A DNA stretch of 64,000 nucleotides, taken from Trichoplax sp. H2. Taxonomy: Eukaryota. Made by a program: the position numbers and the translations under genes. Below are positions 23,980-37,284 of the stretch, piece by piece; position 1 is the stretch's first letter; every line of letters starts with the position of its first letter. The stretch lies in the NCBI GenBank assembly GCA_003344405.1, contig NOWV01000012.1, positions 806,001 to 870,000 on the forward strand, read 5' to 3'. The notes under the pieces were generated by a model that had not been told where the DNA came from, ran no database searches, and worked only from the letters and a program-made list of their open reading frames with translations.

Positions 23980-24997
23980 GTTGACATCCAGGCAAAATGC
24001 AGTTTACGGTCGAGAATTAATTAATAGAGCCACCAAGGGTGTAAGTATTTGACCACAGCGAGGGTTTTCCTTTTTATGATGCCAACTGCTATAATAAAAG
24101 TAGAGGATAAACCACGTGAGAATGGCCTTACAGTTTTGTTAATAGCAATAGTTTAACCAGGAGAAAGCCATCATATTCTTTATGACTAACAATGCAATAC
24201 TACTGTATAGACAATTAAAAGGATCGACAACAACAACAACAAAAACTTTCTCTTATCCTTTTACTGGAATTTTATTTTTTTTACCGATATAAGCCCTTTC
24301 AGTAAAGGATATTATGTCGACTAGCACGTTTTATAGGCTGCTTGATTATGATGAAATGGGTCATCGATCAAGTTATTAGCAGATAGAAACGTGTTGAAAA
24401 TTGGAGAAAGGAAATACGCGCGTATAGGAAAATAGCAATTTCACACATATACGCGTACAGTGTCTATAAAATCAATGTTTCCGCTACAATCTAAAAATAA
24501 AAAGTACAGTAGGATACTACAGTCAATTTTGAACAAGTCATTGATATGTTGATATTGTAGTGCAAATGGATCATCAATAAATGGCTTCGAGATTGGTATA
24601 CGGACTAATGTACAAAAAGAGATTAGGAATAGACTACTGGATTTATAGTCATCCATCGATTAGGCTTCATGACAAATATAGTTAACTATGATCATGATAT
24701 CTACTGCAGCCTATTGACGTTGAACATTTTAATTTTACGGAAAGAAAAGAATGGACACCGATGTTTAATCATAGTCATATTTAGTAATTTAAAATGTATT
24801 GTGGACATAGAGTAACTAAAGAAAGATAGAATGTTCGTTTATCGTTGACATACAGTAGAGAAGTTGATGGATAAATAATACGTTAGTATGCCTGCTATGA
24901 GTGGTTGTTGAAAGCATGTAATTGCTATCTACTACAGTACACTAAGTCAACTTGTACACTACTGTACCAGTAGAGTAAGTCAAGAATTGCTTGATAA

Positions 24998-25165
24998 GTT
25001 ATTGTTGTGCTTGTGTTGGATGTTGTAGGAAAATGGATGAAGATCGATATTTTATCCATCATTATAATCAGTCAACCCTTGAATGTGAGTTATTGTTGTG
25101 CTTGTGATGGATGAAGATCGATGATTTATCCATCATTATAATCAGTCAATCCTTGAATGTGAGTC
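24998..25165. repeat. Tandem duplication (~90 bp unit, second copy with an internal deletion)
   Basis: agttattgttgtgcttgtg...atggatgaagatcgat...tttatccatcattataatcagtcaa(c/t)ccttgaatgtgagt occurs twice. Confidence 0.9.
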
Positions 25166-26157
25166 ATTGTGCTATTTCATCTTATTGAAAATGGAGCAAC
25201 AGAATAGAATGTCAATAGTAGAGATTGAACTCGATCATGGAAGTCTACGCGTATGATGGATGATTGATCGGAATGACAATATCGACATCCTGTACAACTA
25301 GTGATGTTTGATTACTTACTTAATACTCCCTTATCAAGTTATGCCTCCCATTTACTATTGGAGTCGGGGTGTATACTAAACAGAGTACAATATATCAATA
25401 TCGGTTATATTGATAATATACGAGAATGTAGAAGGAATAGAATGTCTAAAGAGTCATCGATATGAAGACATGACGAAAAATAAGACTAAGTGAAAGGGTA
25501 TTGTATTGGCTAGGGATGGCAAGACGAATGCAGTACGTATCCATGATAGCGATATTTTCGACGATAACGTTATGCTGTTATTCTTCTAGGCTTGTTATTA
25601 GGCGGTCTCCCAATTTCAGTTATAACACCTATGATTGATAGCATAGAAAACTTGAGAGACTATTACAATCCAAGCCAAATGGATCACTACCTATTCTCTG
25701 GAGAAGTCGTAAATCGATACGAGGCGTTTTCAAAAATCTCCTTTCCAATTGTCAATGAATGAAGCTCAACAAGAACCATCTGTACCTATTTAGCGTCGTT
25801 TAACAAATTTCATTTACAGTCTCTATCCTCGATACATCTCTCTCTCTCTCTACACACACATTAACAATCCATGAGCTACCTTAACAATAAGATATCCTAG
25901 TAGAACGTGATGTGAACGTTGTTGCTATTGGAGGTGGCCATTTCAATTGCTAAATCTTCTCCAAAATCGATGAAAAGTTTTGAAAACTAGATAAACCAAC
26001 TGGTAACAATAACCGAATTAACGTAACATCTGTTGCAACAATAGACAATAGCCAAAAGGGCTAGATAGCATTTTGAATTTGATGAGCATGCGTGTTAGAC
26101 AGTTGCACGCCGTGAGCCGTTATTAGCGATTTTTGCATTCAAAGGCTAAAACTCGAA

Positions 26158-26662
26158 AACTGTACAGTACAGTACTGTATGTATACTGTACACTGTACAC
26201 TGTAAAAGACGACCTTTGGGCTGGAATCCGGCCCATAGCAGGGCTAGTTTGCAGTACGTAGACTGTAGTATGAACGACTTTCATGACTGTTCAGTTCTTT
26301 CATGGCCAAAAATGTGGAGGCTGCCTACTGTATTTTACTGTGCACAACCAGCGATAGTTGAAATGACCAGCAAAATCGTCAGCCAGTTCAGCTTCCACAT
26401 TTTGCAGTCGTTTGGTGTTCACAGTTTGAAGTTTGAAGCCATGTGTGACGTGTGTGTACACTGTACGTACAGTACTAACATTTCCAAAATACTGTACTGT
26501 ACTGTACTGTACTGTACGACTAATGGTGCCAGTACTGTACTGTACAGTACTGTACAGCCTCCACCGCAATCTACAGTACCATCTACCTTGAGTACTGTAC
26601 AGTACTGTATAAGGTACTGTACTCCCTAGCATGGATTACTAAACTACACCGCGTAGTCCATG
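26158..26662. repeat. TACAG/CTGTA tracts upstream of the inferred NuMA first (non-coding) exon
   Basis: actgtactgtactgtactgtactgtac and cagtactgtactgtacagtactgtacag; the tract ends with the hairpin gcatggattac...gtagtccatgc. Confidence 0.8.
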
Positions 26663-28526
26663 CCCGCAGGTTTCGATCAAGCCGCTGCTAGTTCATTCAT
26701 TAATAATTAATTAATTATATAATTTAACTATGAACTGTGAGGTTCAATTTGGTAATCTATCCGTACAGTTAAGAGAAATTTTACTCTGGATGTTTTCTTT
26801 TGGTTGAGCCACAGATACGCCTACAGTACTTTAATGACGATGGCAGAGGAGGGCCAACCAGCCGCGTTCATTCTTCTCTTCTGTAACGACTTAATTAATA
26901 TCTCTCGTCGTTATATGTATACTGTATACGCGTATGTTAGTGTATCTATGACGGACTACATCATTAATGCTATATATATATATATGCATATATAATTGCG
27001 TAGCCGACAAATGGCAATACTATGGGTAGATACGATTATTCGTTATTTGCTGAAGAGAAAGAAAACAAACTTCGTTTAGTCCTTTCCAGGCTTACAGTAT
27101 CATTAAACACTTCCTTAAGCAACAACGTGGCTATAATATGTATATAGCCGGATCGAGTTTTACTCATGACATCTATGTTATATATATATATATTATTAAT
27201 TCGGAAATTGAATAAGGTGGCATATTTATTATTAATTATTATAATACCGACGTGTAGTACACTACATTGTTGTAAAAGGTATTACGCATAGTGTCAAGGC
27301 TCTACCGGTTCACTAATATATACAGTAATGATAATAAATTGAAACTTATCACAAGTACAGTAAAGTGAATTGGCAGCCAATACTGTAGATAGCAGGTATC
27401 TTTAAAACATTGTCAAATCTTCTTTTACGAATTTACTAATTTCCAATACCATATGTTATGAGACAGTCATTAGTACTACACATCAAGCTGCAAACAAGGA
27501 CCCGGTAGCTGGTTTTATTAAATAAGAACGTGTTATGTCCCGCATAATTAATGAAGAGTAACAAACACTACTGTATTATTTCATTGTAAGATAAACAGAA
27601 TTAAACAGAGGGTCTCTAGTGCATATGTAACGGGGTATTAATAAAACAGAGCCTATGTATATACGAGTAAGATAGAAACATACTATAGTAACTCAATAAA
27701 AGACTTAATGGTTGGTTATTCATAGATAGTGCAGAAAAAAAGGAAACTCTAAAAAATTGCAGCTAATCAATGGAAAGTGCAACTAACTACGTGAATACTG
27801 CAAATGACGTCCAGTATTGTAAGCTACAAGTGACAAGCTAACTTTAGAATTTGTAGATAAATATGAGGCAATATTACCAACGCAGAACATCTAAGTTATT
27901 GATTCAAAATTAAATTAGGTTAATAAGGTGATACATAAGATTTCTTAATACTGTAGAAGTTAGGTAGTTGATATATCAGCCTTGTCCAAGCTCTTATTAA
28001 CCAAGCTATTTCACGGAAGTTTACAGGAAAGGTGTTTCATACAGTAGATACGATAAGGAAGGTTACTTAAAAGTGATACTGTATCATGCTTAGCAGTAGT
28101 ATCAAATGGTTAATATATCGCATACGAGCATATATATATACACACTTTAAAATATCTTACTAAGCTGTACTGCAAATAAATATATATATATACGCGTATA
28201 TGTAACAATCAGCAGATAATTTACTAATTTAAAAGGCATAAACATTCTTTATTTTTATTATTTTTATTTTGCAGATCAATCTTTCGCAGCTAATATCGTA
28301 TAAACGTTGTATACATTACAATACAGTAAAGAACTCCTAATACGATAAAAGCTATGCAATTATCCATTCTTTTAGATAAACAGTGACTTGTAAGCAACCA
28401 TTAATTTATATCTTGTTGTTGTCAGCAAAGCCAATTAGGTACCGAATAGAAATATGCAATATAAGCAATAAGAAAACTACACCATAAATGTATTATGATT
28501 AAAATGCTAAGTTAATTCCAACTTAA

Positions 28527-29540
28527 TCACTGGTTATCGAAAGATTTTCTTTCAGTTTTTTCCTTCTCGACCAAATCCAGATACGGTTTTAAGTAAAATT
28601 TATCCTATGAGACAATCACAACATATTAATTGCATAGTTGTAACACAGTAGAACATGAGGCATTCGTTTACAGATGTTGCTACAATGCGATAGCTTATTT
28701 GCGCAGATCATCTACAACAACTATCCAAAGATTGAATATTTATATTGAAATGGTGCAAAGTAACTTGAAATGTATAAACGATAAGTTGAATGTCTTCGAT
28801 ATTAAGTGATAAGATCTTAACATTGTAATAGACTAGATAGCTTGCGACTTACATCTTCAACCTTCGTCCATTCTTCTCTAGGTAGATAAGTATTTTTAAG
28901 AGAACAGTCTAAAGCCCTCTTAATTCTCCACTGTCTAGCCATGTATTCATCCTCTGGTAATCTACGTAAAGCTTCGGCAATATTTGGTATTTCATCGTTT
29001 AGCAAATCCTCTCTCTTTAAGCCTGAGAAAATAGAAACACGATATTAATGTTACCGATTTTGCTCACGATGTTTTTTACGATAGTACAGTAGTTGATAAT
29101 ATTCTATGCTTTATCATTCACTCTCGTACTCCAGTTTGGAATGCAGCAACGTATAGACAATAATTAATAAATGCACTACTGATACCGCAATTAAGAGTCC
29201 TGGGCTATGTTTCGTTCAATCGATTCAGTGATTACTGATTTTTACGTGTGATTATAATTATAATTCTTCAAGCGCTGATGACTATACGAATGAATGAATA
29301 ACTAAGTGTCCGTGGAGATTCGTTTACGAAAACTCCATGTTTCTGCTATTCGAAATATCCGCACGTATGGGATTATGAATTCACGTTACAATCACTTCTT
29401 CAAAGTTGAATGGCATATTACTAACCGTATTTTCGATAACCCGAAGCGTTTTGCCACCACTCTGCTACAGCGGCAAAAATACGCCGCGATAATGGCAGTT
29501 GCCTTGCAATTTCAGCACCTTTAACCACCTTGTTAGCCAT
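28527..29540 (-). CDS. UQCRB: Cytochrome b-c1 complex subunit 7 (QCR7); 3 coding exons
   Basis: MANKVVKG...WWQNASGYRKYG|LKREDLLNDEIPNIAEALRRLPEDEYMARQWRIKRALDCSLKNTYLPREEWTKVED|DKFYLKPYLDLVEKEKTERKSFDNQ-TGA, with GT-AG introns. Confidence 0.96.
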
Positions 29541-29550
29541 ATCACAAACA

Positions 29551-29564
29551 AAAATGGCCGCCGC
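29551..29564 (-). promoter_or_regulatory. YY1-like motif just upstream of the UQCRB ATG
   Basis: aaaatggccgccgc resembles the YY1 consensus and stands out as GC-rich in an AT-rich context. Function is not shown. Confidence 0.3.
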
Positions 29565-29609
29565 ACACGGTGTTCTAATAACAGTATGGTCTGCGTTAGC
29601 TCGAACTCG

Positions 29610-29772
29610 TTTACACACTGTACACTACAGTACTATACTGTACTACTGTACTGTCCAGTACACAATGTACACTTAAATTGTACAGTATAGTACACTGAGT
29701 ACAGTACAGTACTGTAGAGCGATTTCTTTACTGTACAGTACTGTACTTTACAGTGTACAGTACTGTACAGTC
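29610..29772. repeat. TACAG/CTGTA tract immediately upstream of UQCRB
   Basis: Near-continuous actgtac/acagtac units. Confidence 0.85.
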
Positions 29773-30838
29773 ATATCATACCCGCGTCTGCTTGTCTGTA
29801 TGTCTGTACACTTTCAACGAAAAACGTATCCATTTCCCAAAATTAACTCAAGCTGTCCAACAAGTTGTTCAACATCGTATGCTGATCAGCGTTATTGACA
29901 ATGAAATGTTGAATGAATGCTATGTTAAAATTGACACGAACGGTAGAGTAGTTTATTAATATAGTTTATTGAAACAATAACCTACTCAACAGCGGGTGAA
30001 TAGTAGAGCACACTTTAGTAAGAATAAGTCGCTTTTATAGAATCCGTAACTCATAACAACAACAGGAAAAAATATGTTGTATAGAATATTGTTATGAATT
30101 ACAGTTAGAACATCAATATGTCCATAACCTACGATAACAACATGACTAGGTAATATTGCTAATATGGAACATGCATAAACTTAGAACTTACTTTTCTAAC
30201 CCGAAATGAGTACAATCGCTATATAAACACTATATCACAACAGTAGTTGTATAGTTGTTATTGTGTCAAATCTCTCTCTCTCTGTATTATGATCCGGCAT
30301 AAACTGTCATACTATAGTCCTCTACTTATCAACATGCTATGTTGTACTAATTTGCAGCATTTTATAAATCATAACCCAAGAAACGCTGCGGATGTATACA
30401 GTATATACTCGTCTATATTGTGAGATCCGCCGCGTTATATTGGTAGTCGAATGGTAATGGAGAACACAGTTATTAGTTGAGTGAAGCGATTTTCCAGTTT
30501 TGAAATATTTACTTTATTAATACAGTCATCTAAAACATGCATCAGTAAACGTAACTCGTCGATACTAGTTGATCTTTTATTTTCACTACCAACGATGGCT
30601 ACAGTGCACGGGCATCTCTATTCACTGCTCATTACACTTTAGAATAATAGTAAAATGGAGCTTACTAATTCGATTCAATTATGGGTGATTTATTTTGATT
30701 TTGCTGCTGCTTTGTAGAAATAAATTCTAATTGTTAACAATGGTGCAATTGGATCAATGATCGCACCAAATGGTTCATATTTTGCTCTCCTCCCATCAGT
30801 GTTTTTTATTTTCCTTCTTATTGTCCCATGAGTCAGGA

Positions 30839-31116
30839 CAAATGGAGATGCAAAAGCTATTCTAGTCTTTGAGCGGGTTATTCGTTCCACAGATTGTAAG
30901 TAAGCAAGTTGAAGTTGACCGTTTGACGGCGTTATTAGTGTATACTGCATAGTAAAATGGAATATTTTCTTAACCCTTTAATTCAAATGGTGATGCAAAA
31001 GCTATTCTAGTCTTTGAGCGGGTTATTCGTTCCACAGATTGTAAGTAAGCAAGTTGAAGTTGACCGTTTGACGGCGTTATTAGTGTATACTGCATAGTAA
31101 AATGGAATATTTTCTT
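30839..31116. repeat. Direct duplication, 2 x 133 bp with a 12-bp spacer
   Basis: 30839-30971 and 30984-31116 differ at one position seen by eye (ggAgatg/ggTgatg). Confidence 0.96.
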
Positions 31117-31423
31117 CAAGACGCACTGGCGCTTGGCTGTGATAGTGCACGCGCAATGAAGAGTTTTGGATGCACCGCACAGCAGTTGAATCATTTAGGG
31201 ACTTGAACTAATGGACATCACGGGCGCTTGAATGGATCGATGGACGTTCTGACGATGAATGTTTTGGAGGACTACCACAACATTCAACATTATATAATCA
31301 ATCAACGACGCTGTACTGGAGGACATGGGCTAAACCTGACGTTGACAGTGTGGAGGAATTCGACCGGACGTGGAATATACTGTACTGTACACTGTACAGT
31401 ACAGTATATTCTATTGTGTCTTA

Positions 31424-31679
31424 GAGCACCCCTGCGCTGTGGTTGGCCTAGAAAGATCATGTGATTTTCTACGTACAGTATTTCACACGTACACTCGTAC
31501 AGTACTGTCTCGAGTCCCGGAAGTTCAACAACTTCATCCTACCGGTTAGCCAGTTAGAACTCTCGAGCACCCCTGCGCTGTGGTTGGCCTAGAAAGATCA
31601 TGTGATTCTCTACGTATTCATACGTACAGTACAGTATAGCACTGTCTGCAGTCCCGGAAGTTCATCCTACCGGTTAGCC
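31424..31679. repeat. Diverged direct duplication (~115-128 bp) carrying ETS-like and E-box-like motifs
   Basis: gagcacccctgcgctgtggttggcctagaaagatcatgtgatt...gtcccggaagttca...tcctaccggttagcc at 31424 and 31565. Confidence 0.92.
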
Positions 31680-32338
31680 TCGAATGCGCCCCAAAATCAC
31701 ATGGCCATCAACAGGCATACTGTGTAGTATCCAGGCAGATACTGTTACTGTACACTTGTATAGCCACCATTTCATGCTAAGGAGTTGTGGAGTAGAAGGA
31801 TGTGTCACATGACCCACTGTGACCTTGCACCCGCCCACTAAGAAGATTTGTACAGTATGGGAAAATATTTAAATTTGACCGCTTTCCCATACAAATCCCA
31901 ACAATATTTACACCCCTGGTTCAAAGCTTTGGTCTGTACTCTACAGTATACTGTACAGTGTACAGTTGGACATTCTTGACAATGCCCGACACCCCGGTGT
32001 ACTGTACAGTACAATGCCCGGCAATCCGGGCAATGCACCGTGACGTAACAGTATACAGTATATAGTAAATATTGGCCAAGGTAGGTTATGAAAGTAATTG
32101 CCAACCAACCGACCTTAGAGTGACGCACAAGATGGACGTCATCCTGTAGCACGATTCATTCATGGTTCACATGGTTTTAAAGGTAAGAAATTGCTCCAAT
32201 TTTCAAACCATTTCTTCTTCAGGATAGTGCTCAGCATTACAAGGGTTAAACCTTACAATCTTGTCCATTAGTGGCTTTGAAATGCTTGGGTCATGTTACC
32301 CTAGAAATGATAAATACTCTTTGACATGCCACTAAAAG

Positions 32339-32466
32339 GCGCATTTTACATCAGAACAAGAACCATTTGCTCATTGGCCTGATCTCCACTCAGCAAAAGA
32401 AGCTAGCAAACATGGTGGGGATCAGGCCAATGAGTAAACGTTTCTAATTTTATTATCAAAATGCGC
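32339..32466. mobile_element. Foldback/MITE-like inverted repeat
   Basis: Arms 32359-32389 (agaaccatttgctcattggcctgatctccac) and 32415-32445 are reverse complements with ~4 mismatches. Outer gcgcatttt/aaaatgcgc also pair. Mobility is inferred only. Confidence 0.45.
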
Positions 32467-32600
32467 TACTAGCGCAAAAGAGGGCCAATGATTTCCATTC
32501 TAGTCGTCTATATAGAATTATACAGATGCATATACTTTTTATTAGCATAAGTAACGGCAATCCCCTTCTATCCTCGGTCCTCCTCCCTTAACATAAATTC

Positions 32601-33240
32601 GACAGCCTTGCAGGCAAAAAGTACCCTTTTTTCAAAGGATTGTCCTCCCTTAACAGTTCGGATTGACAGTAGATACTGATTACCTTTTACTACAGTACTT
32701 GTACATTTGACAACCTTGAATGGAAAAGTACCCTTTTTTCAAGGGACTATCCTCCCTTAAGAGTTCAGACTGACACTACGTAGATACTGATTACCTTTTA
32801 CTACAGTACTTGTACATTTGACAACCTTGCAGGCATAAAGTACCCTTTTTTCAAAGGATTGTCCTCCCTTAAGAGTTCAGATTGACAGTAGATACTGATT
32901 ACCTTTTACTACAGTACTTGTACATTTGACAACCTTGAATGGAAAAGTACCCTTTTTTCAAGGGATTATCCTCCCTTAAGAGTTCAGACTGACAGTAGAT
33001 ACTGATTACCTTTTACTACAGTACTTGTAGATTTGACAACCTTGAATGGAAAAGTACCCTTTCTTCAAGGGATTATCCTCCCTTAAGAGTTCAGACTGAC
33101 AGTAGATACTGATTACCTTTTACTACAGTACTATACTTGTAGATTTGACGACCTTGAAGGGAAAAGTGCCCTTTTCTCAAGAGATTGTCTCCTTGACAGT
33201 GGAGATGAACAGTCGATACCAACTACCTTTTTCCTGCACT
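32601..33240. repeat. Minisatellite, ~108-bp unit, 5 full copies plus a degenerate sixth
   Basis: Units gaca(a/g)ccttg...aagtacccttttttcaa...cctcccttaagagttcaga...gtagatactgattaccttttactacagtacttgta start at 32601, 32709, 32820, 32928, 33036 and ~33147. Confidence 0.96.
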
Positions 33241-33720
33241 ACTTATAGGAATAAATTCTATCATGAAAAAACTAGCTATGATGCAGTAGAATTGGAAGGC
33301 AAGTCTTGATGACTTTTAGCCTGTTAGAAATATCAGCTATTATTATAATCGATCCTTTCAGATATATTTTAAACCCTCCCCATCCTCCCTCACAATTCTT
33401 CGGACAAAGCTCGGATGATTTTCTGCAGTATATACTCATAGGGATAATAAAAACTAACTACTGTACAGTATAGTGCAATTCTAAGGCAAGTCTGGATGGC
33501 TTAAAGCCTGTTATTAATTATATATTAGATCCTTTCCAGATGTATTTACCTTGAGAGTTCTCCCCTCTCGTGACGAAGCCCTGATATTATTCTGCAGCGT
33601 ACTCCTACAAATAATAAAATAAAAACCTTAACGGTAATTACCCTTTTCTCCGTTCTTGCGACGAAGTCGTGATGTTTTTCTCCAGTATACACGTATACTC
33701 ATACAGATAATAAATAACTG
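33240..33720. repeat. Old, diverged tandem repeat (~185-bp period)
   Basis: Recurrent blocks aaggcaagtct..gatg.ctt..agcctgtta, gatccttt.caga and gac.aag...gat..tt.tctgcag...tactc.ta...ataataaa. Confidence 0.6.
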
Positions 33721-36700
33721 CCATGCACGATATACGTACTGTGTGTGCCAGGGGATGCAATTTACAAAAGTAGTCATAACTCTTGCAGGAAATACCATAT
33801 CTCTATTTCATATTTATACAGTACATCCAAGTCGATGCTGTATACTGCTGGACTGTGTTCATTGTCATTTTTTGTGGCATACTTTGCAGAGCCAACGACG
33901 CCTAAAGAGAATTTTCTCTTACAAGTCCATGGCCAAGCAAGATTCTACTGTCCAGTGAATTCAATACTCATACTATGCATTTGTAGACAGTAAATAAAAT
34001 GAATCGGTCGATTAAACGAATTGTAACAGTGGGTAAAGGAACTAATGCAAAACCATCAGTGTATGGTACATCATCGTTTAGATGGACCCTAATCATAGCA
34101 TGCAGTAGATATCGATGCGTCTATTCAAAGTGTCAAATTGATCCAATATCTTCAAATCGAGATGCTAATATTTTTACAAGGTGGCAGCATACACCGTGCT
34201 GCCCATCATGGACTGTTATAGTACTCCTACAGTATAATTGGAGTAAACTAGTTCTACGAATGCAGTACATCAGCAAGCATAAGTTACCGTCAGTAACCGA
34301 TCAACTCCTTTCAAAATGGAACAAATTGTTTTAGTTTGTATAAAAGTAGGGATCACCATATTGATCCGAAAATATCATAAAACAACTTGAACATTGCCTG
34401 TATTGCTAAAGATTAATGATCAAAAACGACAGTATACATGAAAACAAACTTCTGGGCCATTCTATTTTAGCAGAAAATGACGTACAGTGCAAGTGTTTAG
34501 TAGCTTATTAATAGTTCGGTTAGGGTGATAAATGGATATATCACGGTCAAAGTAAGTGCTGTTGCAAACTTGAATACTATCGAGTTTACTGTAATACTAA
34601 ACAGCTATTGTCAAATCACCGATTGGAGTATGGTGGGCTACTTTCGCCTTAACCAATTGCTACTTTACATTGTTGAGATGCTGCTTGAAGTTTCCCGCAG
34701 ATGGTGAATGAAATCGAATGTTAAACACTAGTAGTGTGCCACAACTGTACAAAAAGCAACAGTCGTCTACATTTTGACATTATATACGCGTATATAGTAT
34801 TTTTATTTAATGCCATAGTTAGGCCCACTGACTATTTTGAGTTTTCAAACGATATTGGTCTTTGTTGTTGATGATGATGAAAACATGAACTATGGGAAAG
34901 TTTATATTTGCATCTCTACCCTGTACTTTTATAGACAATATCTATGATTAAACATTACTGGATGATCAGGGACTACCCGTCTCTGTTATAACATGCAGAT
35001 CAGATTACCGAGCTTACATAATAGTAGAGATCCAACTATCATAGATTGGATCGCCGCTTTCGCACTATGCAAAAATACCTCTGCGGATACTGCTTATGAG
35101 TCTGTAATATATGGTATTGGTGAAAAGTGTACTGTAGCATGAATCAAGACAACCTATAAACTGCCAGAAGTCCTTTTAAGGAAATATTTTGCCAGTGCAA
35201 TCATGATGATCATAACTTTTTCCTTAATATGTATCCAGAAAGAGAGAACAAGAAAGTGGCTAGTGTGGACGTGCACTTATCTAGCCTTGTCGTGCAGTTC
35301 ATGCTGTAATAATACTGTACTAACCTTACTTTTCGTTCAGTTGGATAAATATAGCGATAACGTCCAATTTTCTTAGCTTCCATTAAATGAACTAGTACTG
35401 TGACCTTCAATTTAGTACTCCTATACTTTAGTATGCTCAAAATGATAGAGTAACTTACTTGAAGAATGAACAAGAAATTGACTGATCGTATATTTATGTT
35501 ATATGTTGTACCCGTACTGTATAGACGGTTTCAATGATGGTCTCTTTCTAATGAAGACCTTAAAATTGGCTTTGGACCGGACTGAGGTTGGTAGCCATGG
35601 TGTTCTCCTTTTGATATAAGTTACATGGTAATAGATCTCGGCATGCAGTAGTTGTTTATCACTTTCTACTAGGAATCTCTAGCCTTCTCCTACAGTACTG
35701 TACGCCTAGTAGGCAGGAATCTATATAATGTAATACAGTTGTTTCTCACCTTATCCAAGCTATCAATGTTATACATTGCTATATATTTGTCGATTTCAAA
35801 GTATGAAGCATTAAAATGTACATACAATATAGTAGAAAGTTTTAAGCATCAAGTGTAACGCTTAGCAGCAAATCAGTAGATACAGACATAGTAATAGTTA
35901 CATGCCTCAACATACTGTACTGTGGATTGATTTGCATAATTGACAGTCAATAAATTGTAGAATTGTGCGCTAAAGTTTCTAACCTGTTAATAAAAGTTTC
36001 AACTCGATCGTCCTTGAACATTATAGTAATGTATCATATCGTTATATCAACTACAGAATAAGGTCTTTACCTTTTCAACGATAAAGCACTATAATTATGA
36101 TATTTCTGTGCTAGCAATATGTAACATTTATGATAGAATATTTTGATATAATTTTTTTTACAAGATTTAAAGCTGTCCCCATCCTTGGTAGGCTTTTGGA
36201 TTAATTCTATGGTATGTACGCTGGTATAGTACTTCAATTTTCGAATCGTGTTCAATGTATCTTTTATTTTGCAAAGCGTCAGATTGCTTCTGTAGTTGAA
36301 ATAAATTTCATCTACTAACAGTAGAATCACCTTTTACTTTTAAATCGTTTATGTAAATAGTTAGTATCAGTGATTAACATTGAACAATAGCATCCAAGCA
36401 CCGTAAACATTTATTTTAAACTAATTATATTATTAGACCCTTTCGACTTGAAATCGAATTAACCAAAGTAGTAACATACATTCATTTATTGGGATTATTT
36501 ACATCTATCCCCCGCATTATTAATTAATATCAATAAGTTTTAGCATATTACGAGTGATTCGAATTGAATACACATTAAATGCGTTTTGGATAAGATTGAG
36601 TTATCAAGTTTGAGATTGTATGTCATGTAAATTAGTACAGTTAAGCATTTCCAATCTTAGTAATAGCAAATACTTTTGAATGCTTAACCCTTTTAAGCCA

Positions 36701-37284
36701 AGCTACGTCTGATTAAATAATGTCTAGCTTCGTTTAGAACTAGAATTAATTTACAATTGCAGTATAGTAGTACATTAATTAGTTACGATATTACATTTCA
36801 ACGTAATCTTTTTACATTAAGATCATATGAGAGCAAGAAAAAGTCGGTAATCGAAAACTATAGTTATAGATGGTATTTCTTAAATCACACCGAGGGTAAA
36901 TATTAGATGCTAAAAGCATGTAAAACCAATGTTTTTGTATATGTAACATTCGGAATAATGTGAACGTCAGTAATAGAGTTGTATTGTTTAAGAAAGAATA
37001 CTTAGTAAGAGAACACAAGTCGATAATGAGCGCAAATACCATAGGTACAATGATGATTTGGTTTTGGAAATTTTTCCTGAGCTGCTTATGATACCGTATC
37101 GAGTTATTGGTGTTCTTTCATTCCTCTTGTAAATTGTTATGTAGTGAAAGGCTGAACGATCACAAGTAAAGTTTTGACTACTCCAAAATATCTACATACG
37201 TATAGCCATACTAATAGAATAATGTAGCCGAAATAATTAAACTAAACACATTTAATTGAGTTCATTAATTAATAAACAGATACA

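Noticed and set aside
31211-31380. Peptide WTSRALEWIDG resembling the C-terminus of RTE-type LINE ORFs
   Set aside because: The match is too short, the following R..GRP..RW motif is absent and there is no reverse transcriptase ORF nearby.
32601-33240. Possible CRISPR-like array
   Set aside because: Whole units are repeated with no unique spacers, there are no cas genes, and the context is eukaryotic.
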